From positions 25,606,001 to 25,670,000 of the forward strand of contig CATNEN010000001.1 in assembly GCA_950097015.1 (NCBI GenBank): 64,000 bases of DNA. Reading direction: 5' to 3'. The stretch comes from Macrostomum hystrix (lineage: Eukaryota; Animalia; Platyhelminthes). Both the position numbers and the translations under genes were made by a program. Below are positions 1 to 13,589 of the stretch, in pieces. Within the stretch, counting starts at the first letter, position 1. The number at the start of each line of letters is the position of its first letter. The notes under the pieces are model-generated. The model searched no databases and was not told where the DNA came from. It was given only the letters and a program-made list of their open reading frames with translations.

Positions 1-284
1 ATTCTGAAGACTTATATTGTTTAGCCAAGTGACACACCCGCCAATTACAATTTACTGCACAGTGAATACACTTTGAATTGCTTAAAAATTGTTGTGCTTC
101 AAATGGCAGAAAAATCTGTACATCAATACTTGTGAGTAGTATGTGATATGCTAATATATTCATTGTTGCCCTGGCAACCAAATTTGCAAAGCTGCTCCAA
201 TCACAGACAGCAATCACGCATATAAACTATTTGTGATTATTGTGTTCTAGTCTTCTGTCTGATCTATTTTTAGATTTATCTCAT

Positions 285-877
285 GTTTTTTTGTCACTCT
301 CTCATATCTTCTGTCACCCTCTCATATCTTCTGTCACTCTCTCATGTCTTTTGTCACTCTCTCATATCTTCTGTCACTCTCTCATATCTTCTGTCACTCT
401 CTCATATCTTCTGTCACTCTCTCATATCTTTTATCACTCTCTCATGTCTTCTGTCACTCTCTCATGTCTTCTGTCACTCTCTCATATCTTTTGTCACTCT
501 CTCATATCTTCTGTCACTCTCTAATTTCTTCTGTCACTCTCTCATATCTTCTGTCACTCTCTAATTTCTTCTGTCACTCTCTCATGTCTTCTATCACCCT
601 CTCATGTCTTCTGTCACTCTCTCATATCTTCTGTCACTCTCTCATATCTTCTGTCACTCTCTCATATCTTCTGTCACTCTCTAATTTCTTCTGTCACTCT
701 CTCATATCTTCTGTCACTCTCTCATATCTTCTGTCACTCTCTCATATCTTCTGTCACTCTCTCATATCTTCTGTGACTCTCATATCTTCTGTCACTCTCT
801 CATATCTTCTGTCAGTCTCTCATATCTTCTGTCACTCTCTCATATCTTCTGTCACTCTCTCATATCTTCTGTCACTC
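285..877. repeat. Minisatellite, 20-bp unit ctctcatatcttctgtcact
   Basis: About 30 tandem units; paralogous array at 23117-24635. Confidence 0.97.
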
Positions 878-2649
878 CCATCGACTTATCCCTTCAGCAA
901 ACACATTGGCAATGAATTAACAGCTCAACAACATAACATAGACGGTGGCAGTGCCAGAGCATTCGGCTGCGTCTTCAGCAACGGTGGAGGAGTCAGGAAG
1001 TGACAAATTTCAATGCGCGATGCACACTACTCGAACGCTTGGTTGTCAGTAGTATCAAACGCATTCGCAGTGCAGAAACGAGACCAGACTCACCGCTGCT
1101 CCATTTCTAGTGAGCACAGACAGGCTGGATTTCACTCCAATGCTGGAGAATTCTCCGAATGGCGACACTGCTCCAGCTGATGAAGCTAGAGAGTCTGTGC
1201 ATAACATGGTTGCGAATTTCATTTCTGAAGGAATTTCATTGATTAGTTTTACCACTTCGGAAAACCAATTAAGTCGACAATCCTTACCATTTAGAGATCT
1301 TCAGCTCAGTGCACCCAAGCTGCAATAAATCTGATGTAACCGGGGGATGGAACAATGCGAGCGCTGGAAATCCCACGGGCTGATCCCAAGGTGGAAGGGG
1401 ATCAGTCAGGCCTTACTCCCCAGTGGCACCCGCCCTAGTGATCGGTTGGTAGTTGCATGGTTTGTGGTCCGATTGCTCCGATTGATGGGCTTTTCGAGGG
1501 AAAATTAAAGGCGGTGACTCAACGAGTAACGTGATTTTATAACCCAGACTGGCCCCTGACTTACAATTCTATGGGGAAAACTGGCAGATAATGCCAGTGA
1601 TCAAAAGAGTAAAATTACACTCCAAGGCCTTGGAGTGTAATTTTAAGTATAGATACTTCAAAATTCAAATGTTAGGGAAAATAAATTTTCGCTGCACAAT
1701 CTACTCAGATGTAACTTACCATTAATGATTTTACTTCGGTTGAAACATTATTTTATTTCTTAATTCGCATTTAAAATATGTCGTGCAGAATAGAACTGGG
1801 AACTGAAAACCCGGTCACGTTTCTCAGTCTAATCAGGTTGGATGGATTCGAACTAAGATTTTGAAATCGTTACTGAGTTTCCAGGGTTCGAAACAGTATA
1901 ACTCTTTAGAGTAGTAGAACGATAAAATGCGTACTAGAAATAGTAATTAATGAGTGAGTACTATCATGAAGTTTTTTTAAAACTAATAAGGAATCGATTG
2001 CAATCGTATATCACAGAAACGAATCCTATAGAATGAACTTTTTTCTTTGAACTTCGGCGTGGCTGTAAGAAAGCCTAACTGCAGTTCAGGAATTGGCGCT
2101 GTTTAGGCTCAACTTCTTTTTCGGCGGCAGACTGAAAAGGGCAGGTCTACCGCTCACTCGCTTAAAGACTTGCTAAACCCTAGGGATAAAGTGCCTTTAA
2201 TTTACAGCTACTCAATAAAATTATAGGCCCTTTTTGTAATTTGCTCAATGCTCAATAAAAATGTTTTTTTGTGTTTGTCACGATGTCTAATACACACCAA
2301 ATATTGCCTTGTATTTTTCCTTAACTTCTTTAAAGTTAGAATTTGAGAGTCTTGACATTCAAGTAAGAGTTTGATTGAGGAGTTGAAATAAGGTTTGGAG
2401 CCAGGGGGCTTGGGGCACAGGGACAGGGAGATTATGATACAGTAGAAAATTTCAATTTTCTGAAATGTAGCAATTTTTTTTCTTTAAAAAAACTCTAAAA
2501 TTTAAATCTGGGATACAGTTTAATTTTTCAAAGAAAATAATCTGAGAGTGATTGTAAAGCTATAGTCAGATATATAGTCAGTTCAGTTAGATATTGAAAT
2601 AAATAGGCCTATTTATTTAATCAGCTATATTATGTCTAATTTCTGAATC

Positions 2650-3100
2650 GGCGATTTTCCTCTTTCGTTCCTTAAATTATTTTTTCGACAGAAACAAGTT
2701 GTGACTACTGAGTAATGTCAGAAAACGACAGTAATGGGATGCTGGGACTTAAATTTTTCTCGGAAAGTTGGATGGAGTTGTTTCCTTAATATTTAACAAT
2801 AAAATTTAACAAGTGAAGACTCAATGCGATAAGTCAAAGCTCATGCGAGAGTGGGAAGGGGAGCAAGGAGCGAGTGCAAGCTGCTGCCTCCGCCACGAAC
2901 CGAGTAGGTGAGTAGTGCCATAGACATGTCTCAGCAGCAACCCCATGTCCTTTCCACTACTGCCACATCATTTTTTCAATAGGCACAATTTCAAATGCTG
3001 CCACGTCACTTTTTCGCGTCTACGCACCGATTCAAATCGAAAAAATAATTTAACGAACGTTAAATATAAATTTAACGTTAAAAATAAGATGAGGAACTCC
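2650..3100. mobile_element. Copy-1-only insertion of about 450 bp with imperfect TIRs
   Basis: Empty site ttctgaatcttatt at about 30103 in copy 2; atc duplicated on both sides; inverted ttaaattattttttcga motifs near both ends. Confidence 0.6.
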
Positions 3101-3477
3101 ATCTTATTAAATGTTTGTTAGTAAATTTCAGTACTTACACTTTGAGTACACTCAGTTTAAAACACTATATGCACCTACAAATAACCACCTAATTTAGTAA
3201 GTTAATATATTTCTTAGTATTGCAATATATCCAGTTCTATATTCTAAATTGTGTGTAGTTTGTCTTTGTTGACCTAATCTAGTAGACAAGAAAAATAAAT
3301 AGCTAAGGTGTCAAACCATTGCTGACTGACTTTCAACATCCTTAAGTTAATATTATCAGGCACATTATAATTATATGTTATATTGCATAGTTTCAACAGT
3401 TAACACTTGAGTTATAATGTAGTTGACCCAGTCTAGTTAGCTATGGAAGTTGTCATAAGTCTATGACAGTTCTGACA

Positions 3478-3932
3478 GGTCTGACTAGTGCCCTGCAGCC
3501 CTGCAGTTCTGACTAGAGCCCTGCAGTTCTGACTAGAGCCTTGCAGTTCTGACTAGAGCCCTGCAGTTCTGACTAGAGCCCTGCAGTTCTGACTAGAGCC
3601 CTGCAGTTCTGACTAGAGCCCTGCAGTTCTGACTAGAGCCTTGCAGTTCTGACTAGAGCCCTGCAGTTCTGACTAGAGCCCTGCAGTTCTGACTAGAGCC
3701 CTGCAGTTCTGACTAGAGCCCTGCAGTTCTGACTAGAGCCCTGCAGTTCTGACTAGAGCCCTGCAGTTCTGACTAGAGCCTTACAGTTCTGACTAGAGCC
3801 CTGCAGTTCTGACTAGAGCCCTGCAGTTCTGACTAAAGCCCTGCAGTTCTGACTAGAGCCCTGCAGTTCTGACTAGAGCCCTGCAGTTCTGACTAGAGCC
3901 CTGCAGTTCTGACTAGTGCCCAGCAGCCCTGC
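3478..3932. repeat. Minisatellite, 20-bp unit gccctgcagttctgactaga
   Basis: About 22 units; paralogue at 31698-32263. Confidence 0.97.
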
Positions 3933-4197
3933 AATAATTAAAAAAATATGTTGTTGTCACCCCTGGGCCAGGAAGAATTATGTTGGCGTCCTTCTGTCAT
4001 GATTTATCCCACCACTTACAATTCCTGGCTGAACCCTAGCCCTTTAAAAATGGGAGTAATTATTTCTACTAGGCATCCAGCATCTTTATTTTGAATCATC
4101 ATTAAAAGAAATGTATTGCTTATTTTCAATGATTCTACTACTATAACGTTCAGAATATAAAATTAGTTTTTTTTAATTATGTTAATATATTCAGCAC

Positions 4198-4508
4198 AAT
4201 TCATCACACATCACATTTCTCACCTACCCTAAAACACTGTACATCATTGAGCCAATCAGAACTCATCACACATCACATTTCTCACCTACCCTAGAACACT
4301 GTACATCGTTGAGCCAATCAGAACTCATCACACATCACATTTCTCACCTACCCTAGAACACTGTACATCGTTGAGCCAATCAGAACTCATCACACTTCAC
4401 ATTTCTCACCTACCCTAGAACACTGTACATCATTGAGCCAATCAGAACTTATCACACATCACATTTCTCACCTACCCTAGAACACTGTACATCAGTGAGC
4501 CAATCAGA
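4198..4508. repeat. Tandem repeat, 61-bp unit containing gagccaatcaga
   Basis: 5 units; 3 units in the paralogue at 32535-32723. Confidence 0.95.
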
Positions 4509-4729
4509 GCGTGGCTTTGCTGATTGGTTGTCCATGGTCAAGACTAGGCCAGTTACCTAGATATAATTATGACAATACAGATGTAGTCAACATAACTAAC
4601 TAGTTAACCAAATAATCATTATTTACCTTCTGGTATAGTTAATTGTAGATCATTTGGTATTGGTGTTGTATTTAATTTGGGAATATGTGACCTAATGAGA
4701 CACAATGGTCAAGCATTCTTGAGATTTAG

Positions 4730-7700
4730 ATTTAGACTGCATCATCTGCACATGCAATTTAGACTGCATCATCTGCACATGCAATTCAGACTACATCATC
4801 TGCACATGCAATTTAGACTGCATCATCTGCACATGCAATTCAGACTGCATCATCTGCACATGCAATTCAGACTACATCATCTGCACATGCAATTTAGACT
4901 GCATCATCTGCACATGCAATTCAGACTGCATCATCTGCACATGCAATTCAGACTGCATCATCTGCACATGCAATTCAGACTGCATCATCTGCACATGCAA
5001 TTTAGACTGCATCATCTGCACATGCAATTTAGACTGCATCATCTGCACATGCAATTCAGACTGCATCATCTGCACATGCAATTCAGACTGCATCATCTGC
5101 ACATGCAATTTAGACTGCATCATCTGCACATGCAATGCAATTCAGACTACATCATCTGCACATGCAATTCAGACTGCATCATCTGCACATGCAATTCCAG
5201 ACTGCATCATCTGCACATGCAATTCAGACTGCATCATCGCACATGCAATTCAGACTACATCATCTGCACATGCATTTAGACTGCATCATCTGCACATGCA
5301 ATTCAGACTGCATCATCTTGCACATGCAATTCAGACTACATCATCTGCACATGCAATTTAGACTGCATCATCTGCACATGCAATTCAGACTACATCATCT
5401 GCACATGCAATTTAGACTGCATCATCTGCACATGCAATTCAGACTGCATCATCTGCACATGCAATTCAGACTACATCATCTGCACATGCAATTTAGACGT
5501 GCATCATCTGCACATGCAATTTAGACTACATCATCTGCACATGCAATCAGACTGCATCATCTGCACATGCAATTCAGACTGCATCATCTGCACATGCAAT
5601 TCAGACTACATCATCTGCACATGCAATTCAGACTGCATCATCTGCACATGCAATTTAGACTACATCATCTGCACATGCAATTCAGACTGCATCATCTGCA
5701 CATGCAATTAGACTACATCATCTGCACATGCAATTCAGACTGCATCATCTGCACATGCAATTTAGACTGCATCATCTGCCATGCAATTCAGACTGCATCA
5801 TCTGCACATGCAATTCAGACTACATCATCTGCACATGCAATTAGACTGCATCATCTGCACATGCAATTCAGCAACTGACATCATCTGCACATGCTAATTC
5901 ATAGACTGCATCATCTGCACATGCAATTCAGACTGCATCATCTGCACATGCAATTCAGACTCAGACTGCATCATCTGCACATGCAATTCAGACTGCATCA
6001 TCTGCACATGCAATTGAGACTGCATCATCTGCACATGCAATTCAGACTGCATCATCTGCACATGCAATTCAGACTACATCATCTGCACATGCAATTTAGA
6101 CTGCATCATCTGCACATGCAATTTAGACTACATCATCTGCACATGCAATTCAGACTGCATCATCTGCACATGCAATTCAGACTGCATCATCTGCACATGC
6201 AATTCAGACTACATCATCTGCACATGCAATTCAGACTGCATCATCTGCACATGCAATTTAGACTACATCATCTGCACATGCAATTCAGACTGCATCATCT
6301 GCACATGCAATTTAGACTACATCATCTGCACATGCAATTCAGACTGCATCATCTGCACATGCAATTTAGACTGCATCATCTGCACATGCAATTCAGACTG
6401 CATCATCTGCACATGCAATTCAGACTACATCATCTGCACATGCAATTTAGACTGCATCATCTGCACATGCAATTCAGACTGCATCATCTGCACATGCAAT
6501 TCAGACTGCATCATCTGCACATGCAATTCAGACTACATCATCTGCACATGCAATTTAGACTGCATCATCTGCACATGCAATTCAGACTACATCATCTGCA
6601 CATGCAATTTAGACTGCATCATCTGCACATGCAATTCAGACTGCATCATCTGCACATGCAATTCAGACTGCATCATCTGCACATGCAATTGAGACTGCAT
6701 CATCTGCACATGCAATTCAGACTGCATCATCTGCACATGCAATTCAGACTACATCATCTGCACATGCAATTTAGACTGCATCATCTGCACATGCAATTTA
6801 GACTGCATCATCTGCACATGCAATTGAGACTGCATCATCTGCACATGCAATTCAGACTGCATCATCTGCACATGCAATTCAGACTGCATCATCTGCACAT
6901 GCAATTTAGACTGCATCATCTGCACATGCAATTCAGACTACATCATCTGCACATGCAATTCAGACTGCATCATCTGCACATGCAATTCAGACTACATCAT
7001 CTGCACATGCAATTTAGACTGCATCATCTGCACATGCAATTCAGACTGCATCATCTGCACATGCAATTCAGACTACATCATCTGCACATGCAATTTAGAC
7101 TGCATCATCTGCACATGCAATTCAGACTGCATCATCTGCACATGCAATTCAGACTGCATCATCTGCACATGCAATTCAGACTGCATCATCTGCACATGCA
7201 ATTCAGACTACATCATCTGCACATGCAATTTAGACTGCATCATCTGCACATGCAATTTAGACTACATCATCTGCACATGCAATTCAGACTGCATCATCTG
7301 CACATGCAATTCAGACTGCATCATCTGCACATGCAATTCAGACTACATCATCTGCACATGCAATTCAGACTGCATCATCTGCACATGCAATTCAGACTGC
7401 ATCATCTGCACATGCAATTCAGACTGCATCATCTGCACATGCAATTCAGACTACATCATCTGCACATGCAATTTAGACTACATCACCTGCACATGCAATT
7501 CAGACTGCATCATCTGCACATGCAATTCAGACTGCATCATCTGCACATGCAATTTAGACTGCATCATCTGCACATGCAATTTAGACTGCATCATCTGCAC
7601 ATGCAATTTAGACTGCATCATCTGCACATGCAATTTAGACTACATCATCTGCACATGCAATTTAGACTGCATCATCTGCACATGCAATTTAGACTACATC

Positions 7701-9287
7701 ATCTGCACATGCAATTCAGACTGCATCATCTGCACATGCAATTTAGACTGCATCATCTGCACATGCAATTTAGACTACATCATCTGCACATGCAATTCAG
7801 ACTGCATCATCTGCACATGCAATTTAGACTACATCATCTGCACATGCAATTCAGACTGCATCATCTGCACATGCAATTTAGACTGCATCATCTGCACATG
7901 CAATTCAGACTGCATCATCTGCACATGCAATTCAGACTACATCATCTGCACATGCAATTTAGACTGCATCATCTGCACATGCAATTCAGACTACATCATC
8001 TGCACATGCAATTTAGACTGCATCATCTGCACATGCAATTCAGACTACATCATCTGCACATGCAATTTAGACTGCATCATCTGCACATGCAATTCAGACT
8101 GCATCATCTGCACATGCAATTCAGACTGCATCATCTGCACATGCAATTGAGACTGCATCATCTGCACATGCAATTCAGACTGCATCATCTGCACATGCAA
8201 TTCAGACTACATCACCTGCACATGCAATTCAGACTGCATCATCTGCACATGCAATTCAGACTGCATCATCTGCACATGCAATTCAGACTGCATCATCTGC
8301 ACATGCAATTCAGACTGCATCATCTGCACATGCAATTCAGACTGCATCATCTGCACATGCAATTTAGACTGCATCATCTGCACATGCAATTCAGACTACA
8401 TCATCTGCACATGCAATTCAGACTACATCATCTGCACATGCAATTTAGACTGCATCATCTGCACATGCAATTCAGACTGCATCATCTGCACATGCAATTC
8501 AGACTACATCATCTGCACATGCAATTTAGACTGCATCATCTGCACATGCAATTTAGACTGCATCATCTGCACATGCAATTCAGACTGCATCATCTGCACA
8601 TGCAATTCAGACTGCATCATCTGCACATGCAATTCAGACTGCATCATCTGCACATGCAATTCAGACTGCATCATCTGCACATGCAATTTAGACTACATCA
8701 TCTGCACATGCAATTCAGACTGCATCATCTGCACATGCAATTCAGACTGCATCATCTGCACATGCAATTCAGACTACATCATCTGCACATGCAATTCAGA
8801 CTGCATCATCTGCACATGCAATTCAGACTGCATCATCTGCACATGCAATTCAGACTGCATCATCTGCACATGCAATTCAGACTACATCATCTGCACATGC
8901 AATTTAGACTACATCACCTGCACATGCAATTCAGACTGCATCATCTGCACATGCAATTCAGACTGCATCATCTGCACATGCAATTTAGACTGCATCATCT
9001 GCACATGCAATTTAGACTGCATCATCTGCACATGCAATTCAGACTGCATCATCTGCACATGCAATTCAGACTGCATCATCTGCACATGCAATTTAGACTA
9101 CATCATCTGCACATGCAATTCAGACTGCATCATCTGCACATGCAATTCAGACTGCATCATCTGCACATGCAATTTAGACTACATCATCTGCACATGCAAT
9201 TCAGACTGCATCATCTGCACATGCAATTTAGACTGCATCATCTGCACATGCAATTTAGACTACATCATCTGCACATGCAATTTAGAT
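4730..9287. repeat. Minisatellite, 27-bp unit ttYagactRcatcatctgcacatgcaa
   Basis: About 168 units; indel-rich subregion at about 5130-5960. Confidence 0.98.
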
Positions 9288-10584
9288 ATTTACACAATTA
9301 ACATGCAAATACATTAACATATACATTTAGATTTACAATTTACACATCACTCAACTGATATGTATTAGGTCTCTGAAATCATTCAACTTTTCTTTCTTAA
9401 ATTCTCGTGATTGTGATGATGCTTCTGTTAATGCTGTTTCTTAACTTTTGCACATGGTAGACATGTCTAGGTGCCCATTGTCTAGATTGGTCATTGCTTA
9501 GAGTAATATGATTGCTTTTCTAGTCCTAAATTCTATAACCATTTTTTGCTATTGCTTAAGTTTATTTGTGTTGATTGAGTTTTAACATCCTCAAGTTAAT
9601 ATTATCTGGCACATTATCTAATATATTGCAAGTTCTTACAGGCCTAAAACATGTATAAGGATAGACTTGTCCTAACCTTGGCCATAGCAGGGGTGTAGTT
9701 ATCAGGGAATACAGGGACATTGTGACGAGTGTTTAGTTAGTTGTTGTGTAGCGGATTTGGGTTGGGATTTAAATATATTGCTTTTTAAGTTTGTTTGTTT
9801 GACTAGCTGTGAGGTGGTAACGGGTGGGGACGGCGATGGCAACACTCAAAACATGCTTATTATTATAACAACAGAAAGTACTAATTGGGTGTTGAATAAA
9901 TTTGGTGCAATAATACCCAAGTGTACACTTAGGAAATAAGCCAATCAGAATATAGGGTCAAGATCAGAGCCAAGTTCTACTTTCTAGTCACAGAATAAAA
10001 TGATTATTGCGCAAAAAGTGAATGAAGAGTGAAGTGCGAAAACCAAAATAGTGTACCATACATAATATTCCGGATACTGTATTGTTATAATAAGAAAAGT
10101 AAGAAAGTAAGTATTTACAATAATTATACGGCTACGATAAACAAACACTGCCACAATATATTCTCCCATTTGTCTGCTTAAACAGTTGCCATTATATAAG
10201 TTAAAGTTTACTGATTTTTATCGCCGTATTTTCATGTTTCTTTGACAATATTTAGCATGTTTTACAAATGTAGAGTATGAATTAATGTACTAATGTACTA
10301 AACTAGAGTAAGTATGTATTCGCTAATAATGCAGTTATCATTTATATTTAAATATTTCCCACAGCTGCAGCATGCGCTCCACTCTACTGCCCTGTGAGTA
10401 GCCACCAAGGAGCACGATTCGAGAGCACTCCAAGGAGAGAGCGGCAGGCACTGACCAGCCCGTTGCCATGGCAACAATTTCAGGCATAAAAGCTGTCTCC
10501 GAGCTGCAGCGGGCCAGAGGTGGAATCGCTGTGTGCTCACCTTGAGCAGTGCTCAATCTAACTCCTCACTCTAATCCCAGTCCC

Positions 10585-12412
10585 ATGGCTGCTGGAGGCC
10601 CAAGCGATGACCAGGTGAGGGACTCAGAGCCAATCACAGTGCTTTTTCTATTGCTCAAATATTGACTGAACCTGCCCACTGACTGTTGCATTGCCGACTC
10701 TCAGCTGCAGAAACTCGCCCAGCTGACCATCCAAGGCGACTTTGGCCAGGTGCACCAACTGGCGACGCGACAGCTGGTGGCAAGCAGAGATGGCAGGCGC
10801 AGCGGAAGGACCATCTTGATGGTAGTTGCCGACGCTCTAGATACTCCCGTGGATGCTGAGAAGTGCGTATTGTACTTATTTGAGTTGGGCGCGGATCCGG
10901 CAGCGCGTGACCGGGCCGGCGACACGGCAGCGCACGTGGCAGCCAGACGGAACCACCTGCGGCTGCTGGCGCTGCTGCCGTTCGATGCGAAGTGGCTGCA
11001 GAACGAGCGAGGCGCGACACCGCTGATGGAGGCAGCTCAAGCCGGCAGCTGGGAAACCGCGAAACAACTGCTGCATCTGCTGAGGCAGAGGAGGTATAAT
11101 GAGTATAAGGAGAGAGGCAACTCGAAGAGGGATCAGCTGCTCGGCCTGCAGGACAGCGAAGGTCAAACCGCGCTCGACCTGGCGAGGCAGGGCGGCCACT
11201 CAGAGCTGGCCAGCTACATTGAGCGGTGAGTGATCAGTTCGCTGCTGTGCCCGATTCGCAGCATTGCAGCTGGGGTGGCCTGAGCATTGGTCTCAGCCCA
11301 GCCAATCAGAGCCAGTCAGCTGAAGCCGCTGTTGTTTGCATGGCCCAATGGGATTTCATTTCGGTGCAGTCGCTTTTGCATTTCTAGTTTAGCAACTCGA
11401 GCTAACTAATAAATCGAGTGGAGATCAGTCAAATGGGAACTTGTCAATCTGGGAAAGCATTAGAGATGCAGGGGAGTTTTGGTGCATGCAACTGAATCCC
11501 CATGTGTTTGTGTCTCCCACAGCCAGTTTCCCTTCCCCAATATTCTGATTGGCTGAGAATTCACTTCCCTTAACTTGGAGATTCGCAAATAGGCAATCAG
11601 CAAATCTCCAATGGCCAGTGCACAGATTTGTGTGCCACATTGGCAGCACTGAGAATTGGCATTTCTCATGCCGCAGTGCTTTCTCGACCCCAACACTTTG
11701 CTGATGCAGCGAATTTGAGGCTGAGTAAAAATGAGCTTGTCTGAAACTGCTGCCTGTTTGTGTGCGATGAGAATTTCGCATTTGATTTCTTCTGCTTTGC
11801 AGGGAGATGCGGCTGCGAGTGGATGAAGATGGCAGGATCTTCGGCCTGACAGACTCGGTGAGTGGCATCTGGGGTGCCGATGTGGGTGCAGATGAGCAGC
11901 TGTGCTCAAATTCTCCACTCGCCTTTGCAGGAGGAGGCAGAGCGAGAGGAACTGGAGCGGCTGGCCGAGGCGGGCGACTCGGCGGGGCTGCGGCGAGCAG
12001 CGACCCGCAGCAACTGCGACCTGCCGGACAGGGGGGGTCATACAGCGTTAATGAGGGCAGCTGAGAACATCCAGTGCTCTGACGGGGCTCTGTGGCAGCA
12101 TCTGCCGCAGCTCGGGGACCCCACCTGTGCTGCTGTGGGTGCTTTCAGTTCCCTGCACTTTGCAGCCGAGGCTGGCAATTCTGCCGCAGTCTCCCAGCTG
12201 CTCCATGCCGGAGCCTCCGCCAACGCCAGGGGTTGGAGGGAATCCACGGCCCTCATGTGGGCAGCCAGGGCGCCCCCCGCAACCGCCGCCGCAGTCGGTC
12301 GGGCTCTGCTGGCCGCAGGGTCGGACTGGAGCCTGAAGGACGAGGATGGCATGACTGCGCTGGACTGGGCCACAGTGGAGGGAAAGAGCGAACTGGCCGA
12401 GCTGCTGCGTGG
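10585..12412 (+). CDS. Ankyrin-repeat protein, copy 1 (N-terminal exons of a probable ankyrin-kinase gene)
   Basis: Phase-consistent GT-AG exons 10585-10614 (MAAGGPSDDQ), 10705-11225, 11803-11857, 11931-12412. Ankyrin motifs GRTILMVVA, GDTAAHVAA, GATPLMEAA, GQTALDLAR, GHTALMRAA, AFSSLHFAA, ESTALMWAA, GMTALDWAT. Ends in a donor (gg|gtgagt); candidate next exons 12546-12585 and 12647-~12797. Confidence 0.88.
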
Positions 12413-13589
12413 GTGAGTTGCCATGGCGACTGAGAATGTCTCTCATCTTGCATTATCGCACTGGGTGGGTGCAGGTCGCAGTGTTTCACTGATCAGAGTC
12501 AAAGTGGGTTGCAATTTTTAGCCAAAATATTTTCTGTCCAATCAGAGTTTTGCCCGCCTCTGCCACTCAAGCAGTTTGCAGTGCCGTAAATAATAGCATT
12601 AATATTATCAGTGGTAATAAAGCTTTCCATTTGCTGCTTTTTATAGGTGAAAATGCGCACTGCGTACCGTGCGGGCCGCTCTCACAAAGCCCAATTTTCT
12701 GTGCGCAATTCAGAGTTTGTGCAGTCCGAAGCAACTTCTGCTTTCGACGCTGTGGAAATTGGGGCTTGTGAAACGGCTGAGCATCGCTTCTGGAGGGGTG
12801 GGCGTGCGGGCGCTCTCCCATTGGCTGGCGGCCTCCCCGCCCCGTCTCTTCCATTGGCTGGCGGCCTCCGCCAGTCAGTTTTAGCGCCTCTGCGCCATTT
12901 CAGCAGAGCTGTTGCGCTGTTGCGCTGCTATTGCTGGAAAACTGACACAGCTGAGCTAAAATGCACAGTTTAGTTACAGTTTGCTGCTACTTGAACTGTT
13001 AATTGGCATTGGCATTAATTACTGCAGTGCCTTCAGCAAACACAAGCAAAGGACAGGACACACTCAGGACAAACACAAGTCAGCAATCAGACGCAGACTA
13101 AAGTGCATTGAATGAAAAACAGTCTGGCTGACTGTGGCTCACTTGGCGCAAGTGACGGCCTACAGGGTGGCTGTTAAGAAGAGGCCACCCACAGAGTGGG
13201 GGTCGAGGGCCGCACAGGCAAATGAAAATGTGCGGAGAGGCCCCCAGCGAAGGCAGGGACTGTGGAGTGGGGTGGGTGGCCCCGCCTCTCTGCCCCCTCG
13301 GCACCTCGTCACCTCGCAGCCAGCGAGTGGCAATTCTGCCCATTCCGCTGACTCCTGAGCACACACGCACACAGATGCCTTCAATAAAGTTGACAGCTAT
13401 CCAAATACTTTTGCGGAGTCTGCCTCGGTTTCCTCACCTTCTTCAGTGATTTGCCACTGGCCAAGTGAGCCTCACTGACCGAAAACTGTCAGTTGAAGAG
13501 CGGTAGAAGGGGAGTGGGATATTTTTGTATTCACTTTTCCCCACCGCATGCCAGGGCATGAATCTGACATTCTCCTTCGGTAGCATGTT

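Noticed and set aside
890-1330. Minus-strand exon-like ORF 1055-1255 with a gtgagt donor
   Set aside because: No recognisable domain, and the paralogue at about 24900 has a frameshifting insertion; probably a decayed repeat fragment.
5891-9301. 1136-aa ORF (RLHHLHMQF)n as an annotated CDS
   Set aside because: It is a translation of a 27-bp minisatellite with no independent gene evidence; kept only as a low-interest finding.
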